Source: Macrostomum lignano
Lineage: Eukaryota
Assembly (NCBI GenBank): GCA_002269645.1
Contig: NIVC01001540.1
Location: forward strand, 1-64,000
Length of the DNA: 64,000 nucleotides
Direction of reading: 5' to 3'
Shown here: positions 32,775 through 45,447 of the stretch, in pieces
Numbering within the stretch: the stretch's first letter is position 1
Layout of the letters: each line of letters opens with the position of its first letter
Program-made: the position numbers and the translations under genes
Notes under the pieces: generated by a model
Seen by the model: the letters and a program-made list of their open reading frames with translations, nothing else
The model's database searches: none
What the model was told of the DNA's origin: nothing

Positions 32775-33375
32775 GAGATGCTACTTATAGTAGGATAGAA
32801 TGAAAGTTTTCCAGTTGAGATGCTACTTATAGTAGGATAGAATTAGAGTTTTCCAGTCGAGATGCTACTTATAGTAGGATAGAATTAGAGTTTTCCAGTC
32901 GAGATGCTACTTATAGTAGGATAGAATTAGAGTTTTCCAGTCGAGATGCTACTTATAGTAGGATAGAATTAGAGTTTTCCAGTCGAGATCCTACTTATAG
33001 TAGGATAGAATTAGAGTTTTCCAGTTGAGATCCTACTTATAGTAGAATATAATTAGAGTTTTCCTGTTGAGATACTACTTATAGTAGAATTAGAGTTTTT
33101 CAGTTGAGATGCTACTTATAGTAGGATAGAATTAGAGTTTTCCTGTTGAGATACTACTTATAGAAGAATTAGAGTTTTTCAGTTGAGATGCTACTTATAG
33201 TAGGATGAAAGTCGAGTTTTCCTGTTGCTTTGCTACTCATAGTAGGATAGAATTAGAGTTTTCCAGTTGAGATGCTACTCATAGTAGGATGGAATTAGAG
33301 TTTTCCTGTTGCGATGCTACTCATAGTAGGATGGAATTAGAGTTTTCCAGTTGAGATGTTACTTATAGTATGATG
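32775..33375. repeat. 42-bp minisatellite (GTTGAGATGCTACTTATAGTAGGATAGAATTAGAGTTTTCCA) upstream of MVD
   Basis: About 14 tandem copies. Confidence 0.9.
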
Positions 33376-33466
33376 GAATTATATAGATTCCATTTTATAG
33401 TTACAAAGCTATTTATAGTAAAATTCAGTGCTACTCATAGTAGTGTTTGATTTTCCGTGCATTTTG

Positions 33467-35170
33467 ATGTCTGACGAAAGTTTTATTGCCTACGCGGCGG
33501 CGGCGCCAAACTTGGCGCTAATTAAATACTGGGGCAAGCGAGACAGCAGGCTGGTGCTGCCGCTAAATAACTCTATCAGCGTTACCCTTGACGACCAGCT
33601 GATGCGCACGGTTACTATTGCAACGGCTTCGCCAGAATTTGCCGAAGATTCTGTTGAGTTAAACGGCAAACCGGCCGAGGTTACTGACCGGATGCGCGCT
33701 GTACTGCAGTCGCTGCGTCAGCGTTGCCAGCGGGGCCAGGACTTGGCCAGCTGGAAGGTGCGGGTTGCCACCAGGAACAGCTTCCCCACGGCTGCCGGCC
33801 TCGCCAGCTCCTCTTCGGGTTTGTGCGCCTTTGCGGTTGCGGTCGCCAGGCTGTACGGAATTGTGGGCGACGGCGGTTCGGACAGCTGCGAGTGAGTGTA
33901 GCTGTCAGCTGGGGCTGTCATCTTGTCAGCTGGGGCTGTCATCTTGTCAGCTGGGGCTGTCATCTTGTCAGCTGGGGCTGTCATCTTGTCAGCTGGGGCT
34001 GTCATCTTGTCAGCTGGGGCTGTCATCTTGTCAGCTGGGGCTGTCATCTTGTCAGCTGGGGCTGTTATCTTGTCAGCTGTGGTTGTTATCTTGTCAACTG
34101 GGGCTGTTATCTTGTCAGCTGTGGTTTTTATCTTGTCAGCTGGGGCTGTTATCTTGTCAGCTAAAGCTGTTATCTTGTCAGCTAGGGCTGTTATCTTGTC
34201 AGCTGGGGCTGTTATCTTGTCAGCTGGGGCTGTTATCTTGTCAGCTAAAGCTATTATCTTGTCAGCTGGGGCTGTTATCTTGTCAGCTGGGGCTGTTATC
34301 TTGTCAGCTGGGGCTGTTATCTTGTCAGCTGGGGCTGTTATCTTGTCAGCTGTGGTTGTAATCTTGTCAGTCTAGCACCCCAACTGCACGCTCATTCCCT
34401 TCCTCCGCGCCGTCAGCGCCGACACCCTTCGCTGGCTCAGCACGGTGGCCCGGCTCGGCTCCGGCTCCGCCTGCCGCTCTCTGTTCGCCGGCTTCGCCGA
34501 ATGGTCGGCCGGCCAGCGTCCGGACGGTGTGGACTCGACCGCCAGCCAGCTGGCCTCGGCCGGCCACTGGGACCTGCGCGTCCTCGTCTGCGTAGTTGGC
34601 GCCGGCGCCAAATCGGCGCCGTCCACCCAGGCAATGGCGCGGACCGTGGCCACCAGCTCGCTGCTTCCGGCCAGACTGAGCTGCCTGCCCGACAGGCTGG
34701 CCGCGGTGCGCGAGGCGGTGGCCGGCCGCGACTTCGCTAGCCTGGCCGAGATGTCCATGCGGGACAGCAACTGCCTGCATGCGGTGTGCGCGGACACCTA
34801 CCCGCCCGTGCACTACCTGACCGACGCTTCGCGCGCCATCATCGACTTCGTGCACCGGCTGAACGAAGCCTCCGGCCGAGTCGTTCTCGGCTACACAGCG
34901 GATGCCGGCCCGAACGTCTGCCTGCTGGCCCAGCCGGCCGATGTACACCTGGCTGCTGGTTGTCTGCAGCGGGCCTTCGACATCGGCCCGGTGGTCGGCG
35001 ACTTAGGCGAGGCGGCCGACAATTCGAAGGTTCCCTCAGGCTGGGCTGGCGACGGCAGCGAGGGGGCGACTGCGCGCCACCGGATCGAATCGCTGCTGAT
35101 CTGCCGGCTCGGCCGGGGGGCGCTCGATATTCCACAGGCGGAGGCGGCCGCTTGGTTCGATTCTGACTGA
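33467..35170 (+). CDS. MVD: Mevalonate diphosphate decarboxylase; exons 33467-33891, 34417-35170
   Basis: NLALIKYWGKRD, NNSISVTL, NSFPTAAGLASSSSG, ARLGSGSACRSLFAGF, RDSNCLHAVC, YTADAGPN. Phase-2 junction GA|C. Confidence 0.95.
33900..34370. repeat. 21-bp minisatellite (CTTGTCAGCTGGGGCTGTTAT) filling the MVD intron
   Basis: About 22 copies starting right after the donor. Confidence 0.92.
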
Positions 35171-35694
35171 CTGACTGACTGACTGACTGACTGACTGACT
35201 GACTGACTGACTGACTGACTGACTGACTGACTGACTGACTGACTGACTGACTGACTGACTGACTGACTGACTGACTGACTGACTGACTGACTGACTGACT
35301 GACTGACTGACTGACTGACTGACTGACTGACTGACTGACTGACTGACTGACTGACTGACTGACTGACTGACTGACTGACTGACTGACTGACTGACTGACT
35401 GACTGACTGACTGACTGACTGACTGACTGACTGACTGACTGACTGACTGACTGACTGACTGACTGACTGACTGACTGACTGACTGACTGACTGACTGACT
35501 GACTGACTGACTGACTGACTGACTGACTGACTGACTGACTGACTGACTGACTGACTGACTGACTGACTGACTGACTGACTGACTGACTGACTGACTGCCT
35601 GCCTGCCTGACTGACTGACTGACTGACTGACTGACTGACTGACTGACTGACTGACTGACTGACTGACTGACTGACTGACTGACTGACTGACTGA
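35165..35694. repeat. (GACT)n microsatellite, about 130 units, beginning at the last MVD codon
   Basis: Near-perfect tetramer run with one short GCCT interruption near 35600. Confidence 0.97.
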
Positions 35695-36259
35695 TGTTTC
35701 TTATGCTACTTCCAGTGCAGCTTTCTAATCATAATCTGCTTCCAAGTCTAGTCGAAACCCTGCATCTAAACTCCCAAATCCCTATTTCTATATTCCCCAT
35801 TCCAAAAGCCACTAAGCACCCATCTTCAGCAATTTTTTTATGTTAGAATCAACATTTCAAATTATACAATAAATTTTTCTCTGCAGCAAGTGTTGCGCAT
35901 GATTCCTTGGTGCAGTTTTTACTTGAATTTGCTAATATTGGATTTGTTTGGACAATTTTAAACTCCTAGCAAGTTTATTCTTGAATTGAATCGATTGATT
36001 CAGTTTTTATGACTTATTTATTTATTTGGCGTATTAAGTGGAAGCGATATGGGGCGGGTAGGGTGCATCGATTTTTTTATGATGACGTGAGGGTTGAGAA
36101 ATTGCGTTAAACTTCAGTTTATAAGCCATTATTTACGCATTAATAACACACCTGTTACTAATTGCGTTGAAGGCGAAATGTTTTTACTTCTAACATTAAT
36201 CACTAACTAATAAAACCGTCTGTCTGCCATTGACATACTGCCACTCTATTTTTCACTCA

Positions 36260-36530
36260 GTCCATTTCCAGTCCATGTTCACTCATTTTCACACATTTCC
36301 AGTCCATGTTCACTCATTTTCACACATTTCCAGTCCATGTTCACTCATTTTCACACATTTCCAGTCCATGTTCACTCATTTTCACACATTTCCAGTCCAT
36401 GTTCACTCATTTTCACACATTTCCAGTCTATGTTCACTCATTTTCACACATTTCCCGTCCATGTTCACTCATTTTCACACATTTCCAGTCTATGTTCACT
36501 CATTTTCACACATTTCCAGTCTATGTTCAA
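36260..36530. repeat. 31-bp minisatellite (CCAGTCCATGTTCACTCATTTTCACACATTT)
   Basis: About 8 copies between the convergent MVD and PDI-like 3' ends. Confidence 0.88.
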
Positions 36531-36600
36531 ATGTCTATGAAATTCACTCGCTCAGCCATTTTCACTCCGATTCACGCAATCTTTTCACGTTAAAATAGTT

Positions 36601-37246
36601 TCACAGCTCCTCCTTCGTCGCTTTCACAGCCTCCGCCTGCTCAGTGAACTCTTCTTCATCACCAGCCGACTCGCCCTCCTCGTGAAGCCGCTTCTGCTGT
36701 TCCTCCATCAGGCGCCTCTTCTCGGCAACGGCAGCTGCCTCAGCTGACTGGCGCTCGCCTTGCAGATGATCGACTATGATGTCCACCACCCCGGAGATGA
36801 TATTGTGCAGCTTGTGCGCCTCGTCCCGCTCCGCCCTGCTCATCTTGCTGCCGCCGCCGATGCCGCCGCCGCTGCCGCCGTTTAGCAGCTGGTCGATGGC
36901 AGCGTTCTCGCGTTCGAGAACTCGATCGATTGGGGAGCCCTGCCGAGGGGAGTGTTGTGCGGTGTTGGAAGGATTGATTAGCTAGCAGTTAGCTGGGTTG
37001 GATTAGTTACTAATTTTAGTTAGTAAAGTTAATAGTTAAGCAGTTAGACGCCCCACATACTAGACATGCTCAACTTGCAACGCTAACTAGTGCACTCTCA
37101 CCTAGCCAGACTACAAGTTAGTTATATACGATACTCGTATTTTAGTTAGATAGATAGTTAGCTAGTTAATTAGCTAGCTAGTTGGTTGGCTAGTTAATTA
37201 GTTAGTCAGTTAGCTAATTAGTTAGTTAGCTTGTTTGTTTGTTAGC

Positions 37247-37281
<35 letters not shown>

Positions 37282-37316
37282 CTAGTTGGTTGGTTAGTTA
37301 GCTAGTTAGTTAGTTG

Positions 37317-37353
<37 letters not shown>

Positions 37354-37388
37354 CTAGTTGGTTGGTTAGTTAGCTAGTTAGTTAGTTG

Positions 37389-37429
<41 letters not shown>

Positions 37430-37572
37430 CTAGTTAGTTAGTTAGCTAGTAAGTTAGTTAGTTGGTTAGTTCGTTTGTTGGTTGGCTAGTTAATTAGTTA
37501 GCTAGTTAGTTAGTTAGTTAGTTAGCTAGTTAGTTAGTTGGTTGGTTGGTTAGTTAGCTAGTTAGTTAGTTG

Positions 37573-37629
<57 letters not shown>

Positions 37630-37664
37630 CTAGTTAGTTAGTTAGCTAGTAAGTTAGTTAGTTG

Positions 37665-37695
<31 letters not shown>

Positions 37696-37718
37696 GGTTG
37701 GCTAGTTAATTAGTTAGC

Positions 37719-37753
<35 letters not shown>

Positions 37754-40192
37754 CTAGTAAGTTAGTTAGTTGGTTGGCTAGTTAATTACTCGTAGTTAGC
37801 TAGTTAGTTAGTTGGTTAGTTAGCTAGTAAGTTAGTTAGTTGGTTGGCTAGTTAATTACTCGTAGTTAGCTAGTTAGTTAGTTAGTTAGCTTGTTTGTTT
37901 TTTGTTTGTTTGTTTGTTAGCTAGCTAGTTTAATTTGCTTGTTAGTTGGCTGTCTGCATGGGTGCTTCGAGTGCAGCCGCAAGCAGTCATACTCATTCCT
38001 CTGCACGCGCACGCATACTTACGCAGACACGCTTACACGGGGTGTAGAACAGGCGCGACTTTCTTATCGTCAGGCATGTAGAAAAGTGTGACCTCTGGAG
38101 GTTGGTCCTCCTGTGGTTGGAGGGGCTTGAGTCAAACGGACAAGACCGCTCAGCATGCATGGACCTTTCCTTGACGCCAGAGTCCGATGTGTCAGCGCCT
38201 CGCTACTCAACTCAGCTGGCAAAGCTTCAATGTAGTCAACACTGAATCGCGAATTGTTTGATCTATTCCGGAGTCATTTAAGAGATGCGAAAAGCGTGTT
38301 TGCACTGTTCAACCCTCGGTTTAGTAAAGACACTGTAATCGCTAAACACTTGAGAGCCGGCCTTCTTGAGGATCATGCGGCGTCGTTTTGAGTAGATATT
38401 CTTTTCTATTTGTCTTAAGCAATCTGTAGCCATTGCTTGTGTGTGTCTCCACGCATATACCTTCTATAGATTTCACATGACAAACACACTCTTTATGTTT
38501 AACATTCTGAAGATTTATTTAGTCTAAGGATGAGCTTCAACTCGCGGACTGTTATGTAAACTACGAGCACCCTCTAGAATAATAAAATAAAAATCTTGTA
38601 TACTCTACTCATTTACTTGAGCAAGTAGTATAATTCGGTCTGGCTAGATACCTTCATTAGCTGGCGTAACAGCCGCTGATAATAGAACACGTAGCGCTTG
38701 GAGTGCGGCAGATCACTGGCCGCCTGCGCCACCTCCTCGGACAGCTGCTGCAGGTTCCGGCCGAGCACCAGGTCGGCCGCTCGGTCTCTGAGTAGCCGTT
38801 CGATCTGGGCCACCCGGCCAGCGCCAGGCTCCAGCTTACCGTCCGGCTGGCGGTGCGACCCGGTCATGTCGTTGATGAAACCGACAATCTCGTGCAGGTC
38901 CACGTCGCCGCCGTATCTGGTTTAAGGGGATTTGGCGAGATCGTTCTGTTTGACCGGAGCGTTACGATTGTCGATTGGGGGGTTAACACCCAGCTGTTGG
39001 ATCAAGGTTGTCTGTTCGATTGAAAGACTGCATGTTCGATTGGAAGGTTGCATGTTTGATTGGAAGGTTGCCTGTTTGATTGGAAGGTTGCCTGTTTGAT
39101 TGGAAGGTTGCATGTTTGATTGGAAGGTTGCATGTTTGATTGGAAGGTTGCCTGTTCGGTTGGAAGGTTGCCTGTTTGATTGAAAAGTTGCATGTTCGAT
39201 TGGAAGGTTGCCTGTTTGATTGGAAGGTTGCATGTTTGATTGGAAGGTTGCATGTTTGATTGGAAGGTTGCATGTTTGATTGGAAGGTTGCATGTTTGAT
39301 TGGAAGGTTGCATGTTTGATTGGAAGGTTGCATGTTCGATTGGAAGGTTGCATGTTTGATTGGAAGGTTGCATGTTTGATTGGAAGGTTGCGTGTCTAAA
39401 ATTTTGCCTAACTGATTAGAGGACCATCTGTTCACCCAATGGGCTTAGTGATTTAGGTCAAAGGGTTGCAGTAGAGCATGCAAGTCTCAAACTCGGAACC
39501 TCACCTCACAATGTTATTCTTGTCGCCCCTGGGGAACCACAGCAGCGTCGGGTTCCTCTGCGCCTGAAAGAACCTCGCCAGCTGAGGTTCCCGGGTCACG
39601 TCCGCCCGGCCGAACACCACGTGGTGGCCCTCGTGCCGGAAGACGTCGGCAATTTTCTCGTAGACCGCGCACGGCTCGCCACACTCCGGCGTGTACAGAG
39701 CCAGCATGGCGTTGGTCTCGTTGTCCAGGATCACGGACGCGTAGCTGCTGGCGTTCACCACCACCGTGGCGCCAGTTGTCCACGGGTTCGCTGAGTCGCC
39801 TTCGTCTGCCGCTCCGCCATCGTCGGTCGCGGTCTCCAGCGAGGCGCCGCCGTAGAGACTCTCGCCGGAGCGCGTCAGGCCGGCCTTGACGGCACTCTGC
39901 AGGCGAAGGCCGCGCAGGAATTTCACCAGCGCCTCCTCGGTCACCTCGCCGTAGAAGGTGATCGGCGTCGACGAATGAGGGAAGGCCTTCAACACCGGCA
40001 CTTCATCGGCGTGGAACCGCATGGCCAGCACCGGCTCCTGGCGGATGTCGATGCGGCCGAATTTTACGTCCGGATGCGAAACGGAGTGGGACAGGGCCAG
40101 GCTGCGGGTGCGAGGCGGATCGGGGCTCGGTGTCTGCGAGTTCTGGGGCTTTATGAAATCAATGGCAGACAGACATACACTCGGACACACAG

Positions 40193-40226
<34 letters not shown>

Positions 40227-40236
40227 AGAAAGACAA

Positions 40237-40270
<34 letters not shown>

Positions 40271-40274
40271 AGAA

Positions 40275-40349
<75 letters not shown>

Positions 40350-40350
40350 A

Positions 40351-40381
<31 letters not shown>

Positions 40382-40382
40382 A

Positions 40383-40441
<59 letters not shown>

Positions 40442-40442
40442 A

Positions 40443-40493
<51 letters not shown>

Positions 40494-40494
40494 A

Positions 40495-40525
<31 letters not shown>

Positions 40526-40526
40526 A

Positions 40527-40589
<63 letters not shown>

Positions 40590-40654
40590 AAGACAGACAG
40601 ACAGACAGACAGACAGAAAGACAGACAGATAGACAGACAGACAGACAGACAGAA

Positions 40655-40725
<71 letters not shown>

Positions 40726-40758
40726 AAGACAGACAGACAGACAGACAGAAAGACAGAC

Positions 40759-40809
<51 letters not shown>

Positions 40810-40834
40810 TAGATAGACAGACAGATAGACAGAC

Positions 40835-40897
<63 letters not shown>

Positions 40898-41119
40898 TAG
40901 ACAGTCAGGCTGACAGGCGCACAGGCAGCCTCACCGCTGCATGACGGAGAGCACCTCCACGCAGGGCTGGCAGCCGGGCGAGTAGAACAGCACCAGCGCC
41001 AGAGTCTTGGTGCCCACAACGCTGGCCAAGTTCTTCTCCGTGATGTCCAGCACCCGTTTAGCCTCGGCCGGGCTTATCGGTGATAGCAGGCCGGCCAGAA
41101 GCGGCAGCAGCAGCAGCAT
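36601..41119 (-). CDS. PDI-D / ERp38-ERp29 family ER protein (signal peptide, two thioredoxin-like domains, helical D domain, KEEL); exons 41119-40935, 40101-39505, 38916-38652, 36939-36601
   Basis: Hydrophobic leader; FYSPGCQPC and LYTPECGEPC active-site-like motifs; NPTLLWFPRG..YGGDVDLHEIVGFINDMTG..GKLEPGAGRV; C-terminal ATKEEL*. Junction phases 2, 2, 0 are compatible. Confidence 0.82.
37140..37935. repeat. (TTAG)n-type degenerate microsatellite in PDI-like intron 3
   Basis: GTTAGTTAG runs with GCTA/GTTG variants. Confidence 0.92.
38985..39390. repeat. 20-bp minisatellite (GATTGGAAGGTTGCATGTTT)
   Basis: About 20 copies in PDI-like intron 2. Confidence 0.92.
40165..40905. repeat. (CAGA)n microsatellite filling PDI-like intron 1
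   Basis: About 180 tetramer units with AAGA/TAGA variants. Confidence 0.96.
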
Positions 41120-41479
41120 GGCCGGGACAAACTGGTTCGGTGCTGCACGCTAACAAAAGCAAAAGAAATGTTTTGACTCTGCGATGACCCACAGGGGGAT
41201 CTCGTGAATTTATTCCTAGAATTGAGGGAAAAGAAGCCGGAACGGCTCTAACTGTGCTGACGTGGCCCTCTCCCCCTTCTCCCTCTCTGCGCCACTAAGC
41301 CAGCCAGCAGCTGCCGCCAGCTCAATCTGCTGCTGCTGTTGTTGTTCCAGCTAGCAAAGAAACAATTAATCTGGGGCGAGGGGGGCCGCAGAGCTGGAAA
41401 TCTTGTGCGAGCGTCCGGCTTGTGCAGAGGTTTTCTATTCTGGAATTGACGAAGTCTACATGAGTCATGTAGATTGCCT

Positions 41480-41850
41480 TCCTTCTCCCCTTCAACCCTC
41501 TGTTTTACCCTCTCCTCTTCAACCCTCTGTTTTACCCTCTCCTCTTGAACCCTCTGTTTTACCCTCTCCTCTTCAACCCTCTGTTTTACCCTCTCCCCTT
41601 GAACCCTCTGTTTTACCCTCTCCCCTTGAACCCTCTGTTTTACCCTCTCCCCTTGAACCCTCTGTTTTACCCTCTCCTCTTGAACCCTCTGTTTTACCCT
41701 CTCCTCTTCAACCCTCTGTTTTACCCTCTCCCCTTGAACCCTCTGTTTTACCCTCTCCCCTTCAACCCTCTGTTTTACCCTCTCCCCTTGAACCCTCTGT
41801 TTTACCCTCTCTCCTTCAAACCTCTGTTTTACCCTCTCTCGTTCAACCTA
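41480..41850. repeat. 27-bp minisatellite (AACCCTCTGTTTTACCCTCTCCTCTTG)
   Basis: About 13 copies. Confidence 0.9.
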
Positions 41851-42209
41851 GCGAAAAAATAAATTCTTCCCAGACTAGTGGGATAATTTTCCCTTGAAAA
41901 AATCGACCACCCTCAAATCCCAAAGGAGCTTTGCAACCGACTTAAAATCTGTCAAAGACTCTTAGACTAGTCAAGCCCTGGCTCCAGTTTTGTACTCATT
42001 ACATTTATTAGAAATTTGCCGAGAAATATTTTACAGTTGAATGAACTTTAAAAATTTAAAATTTAGCGGTGCGTGAGGGGGGAGGTCTTTCTGTCTGGTC
42101 AAGTTTAAATGGCAAGAGTTTTCACCCGAGAGTTATTTATTATTGATGTCTGGTCCTCTTTGCACTTTCTGTTAACACTGAATTATTGCTTATGTTGTCA
42201 CTCTATTTA

Positions 42210-43750
42210 TTCTTCCGTAGTCACCCCATTCACGCTTCTGTAGTCACCCCATTCACACTTCTGCAGTCACCCCATTCACGCTTCTGTAGTCACTCCTTCG
42301 CACTTCTGTATTCACTACATTCACAGTTCTGTAGTCACTACATTCACACTTCTGTAGTCACTCCATTCACACTTCTGCAGTCACTCCATTCACACTTCTG
42401 TAGTCACCCTATTCACAATTCTGTAGTCACTCCATTCACACTTTTGTAGTCACTTCATTTACGCTTCTGTAGTCACCCCATTCACGCTTCTGTAGTCACT
42501 CCATTCACACTTCTGTATTCACCCCATTCACACTTCTGTATTCACTCCATTCACACTTCTGCAGTCACTCTATTCCCACTTCTGTAGTCACTCCATTCAC
42601 ACTTCTGTAGTCACTCCATTCACACTTCTGTATTCATCCCATTTACATTCTGTATTCACTCGATTCACACTTCTGTAGTGACTCCTTCACACTTCTGTAG
42701 TCATTCCTTCACACTTCTGCAGTCACTTCATTCACCCTTCTGTAGTCACTCCACTCACACTTCTGTAGTCATTCCTTCACACTTCTGCAGTCACTACATT
42801 CACACTTCTGTAGTCCCTCCATTCACACTTCTGTAGTCACTACATTCACACTTCTGCAGTCACTACATTCTCACTTCTGTAGTCACTACATTCACCCTTC
42901 TGTAGTCACTCCATTCACACTTCTGTATTCATCCCATTTACACTTCTGTATTCACTCCATTCACACTTCTGTAGTCACTCCTTCACACTTCTGTAGTCAC
43001 TTCTTCACACTTCTGTAGTCACTCCTTCACACTTCTGTAGTCACTCCATTCACACTTCTGTAGTCATTCCTTCACACTTCTGCAGTCACTACATTCACAC
43101 TTCTGTAGTCCCTCCATTCACACTTCTGCAGTCACTACATTCACACTTCTGCAGTCACTACATTCACACTTCTGTAGTCACTACATTCACCCTTCTGTAG
43201 TCACTACATTCACACTTCTGTATTCATCCCATTTACACTTCAGTATTCACTCGATTCACACTTCTGTAGTCACTCCTTCACACTTCTGTAGTCATTCCTT
43301 CACACTTCTGCAGTCACTTCATTCACACTTCTATAGTCATTCCTTCACACTTCTGCAGTCACTTCATTTACACTTCTGTAGTCACCCCATTCACACTTCT
43401 GTAGTCACTACATTCACCCTTCTGTAGTCACTCCATTCACACTTCTGTATTCATCCCATTTACACTTCTGTATTCACTCCATTCACACTTCTGCAGTCAC
43501 TCCATTCACACTTCTGTAGTCACCCCATTCACGCTTCTGTAGTCACTCCATTCACACTTCTGCAGTCACTCCATTCACACTTCTGTAGTCACCCCATTCA
43601 CACTTCTGTAGTCACTCCATTCACACTTCTGCAGTCACTCCATTCACACTTCTGTGGTCACTCCTTCACACTTCTGTAGTCATTCCTTCACACTTCTGCA
43701 GTCACTTCATTCACACTTCTGTAGTCACCCCATTCACACTTCTGTAGTTC
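42210..43750. repeat. 23-bp minisatellite (CTTCTGTAGTCACTCCATTCACA)
   Basis: About 65 copies. Confidence 0.94.
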
Positions 43751-44364
43751 CACATTCTTTTTCTCTTTGCCCCATTTCTAAATTTAGACTCATTTCTTTT
43801 CCCACCGACCTATTGCTTCTGGTTGCCAAGCGCAACAATAGTTTTTCCCGAACCAACTTCGTTGCTAGGCCGGTCTGGTTGCCCCCCCCCCCTAATCGCA
43901 GCGGCTTCCCGCCCGAGCAATCCAAAGATTTGAACAGACCAAGAAATGATTTCGGCTGGCTTAGCGAGCTCAAGTGTCGAGGCTGCTGCTCAGACTGTCG
44001 GCCTGAGAGGCCAGCGACTGATCAAATAGTTGGGTCCCAGAATCTGATTCTTACTGCTGCTGCATCAATTGATGGGGAACAGGGGGGAGACTGGGAGAGG
44101 AAATTGCTGCATGGCTGATTCTTTCCTTAAAGAGAAGAATTTTTTAAAGAAAAAAGACACGTTCTATTGATAATGAAAATTTTCTGAGGAGATCTCAGGC
44201 TAGCAATTTGCTGCCTGCAGTCTTCGATAAAATCTTCTGGCCCATTGTTACTGACTGCGAAAGCTGGAATGCGACCCGCTTGCTCAGCACAATGGGAGCT
44301 GGTCAGAAATGGGAATTGGCTGCACCAAGTACTCGGGACCTGCTGTCGCATACCTACTCTTTAC

Positions 44365-44710
44365 CCTACTCTCCCCTCCCCCTACTCCCCTCTCCCCTAC
44401 TCTCCCCTACTCTCCCTTCTCCCCTTACTCTCCCCTCTCCCATACTCTCTCCCCTACTCTCCCTTCTCCCTACTATACCCTACTCTCCCCTACTCTCCCT
44501 CCCCTACTCTCCCCTACTCTCCCTCCCCTACTCTCCTTTCTCAACCTACTCTCCCCTCCCCCTACTCTCCCCTTTCCCCTACTCTACCCTACTCTACCCT
44601 ACTCTCCCCTACTCTCTCCTCTCCCCTACTCTCCCTTCTCAACCTACTCTCCCCTCCCCCCTACTCTCCCCTTTCCCCTACTGTCCCCTTTCCCCTACTC
44701 TCCCCTGTCT
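44365..44710. repeat. (CTACTCTCCC)n pyrimidine-rich repeat
   Basis: Degenerate 10-mer tandem run. Confidence 0.88.
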
Positions 44711-45447
44711 CATACTCTGCCGGAGCAGCAATCCCACTTTTTGAGCCCTAGAGTTATCAATTCAGAGCAGCACCTGTGGCTTCACTGAGTGAAGCACCCC
44801 GGATTGAGTGACTGCATGATGGAAGGCCACCAGCCCGATCACTCCAGACACCTCTCGGCTCTGGAATGTCAGATCGGTAGCTCAGGGGGTAGCAGCCTAG
44901 CAACTTGAATTATGCATGACAAAAGTTGGCCCAGAATCCAGCGGCTTCATCGCTATAACCCCCATCCCCAGCTGACTATCTGCTACTCAATTCTAAAAAA
45001 AAAACGTTTCAAGCCTTCTCACTGAGACCTAGGCTGTGCTGTATTATCTATCCAATAGTTTTTTGGTGGCAACATTGAACTGGTTGGGAGCAGAGCTGCT
45101 ACGCTCGGGCAATTCATTTCTGTTGGCTGCTGGCCCTGCCCTATCCAAGCTGCTGTGGCAGATTCCCCTCCCAGCCTCCCCTCCTGCCTCATCATAGAGC
45201 TGCCAGCGCGGCAGCCTCCGCCGCTGCCGCCGCCGCTGCCGCAGTAGCAGAGTCACCCAGAAGAAGACAAAACGCTCGCCAAATCTTTTAGAAATCCACG
45301 ATATTCTGGAAGTCGGCGGAACCGATTTCTTCATCAGAAAAGCAACTGCAAAGAGCTGAGGCAGGCAATGAGTCGTGAGTCTCCTGTTAATATAATAGTA
45401 TTAGAAAATTTGTCACTGATTGCAACTTGAAACTTTGCCAAAAAACC

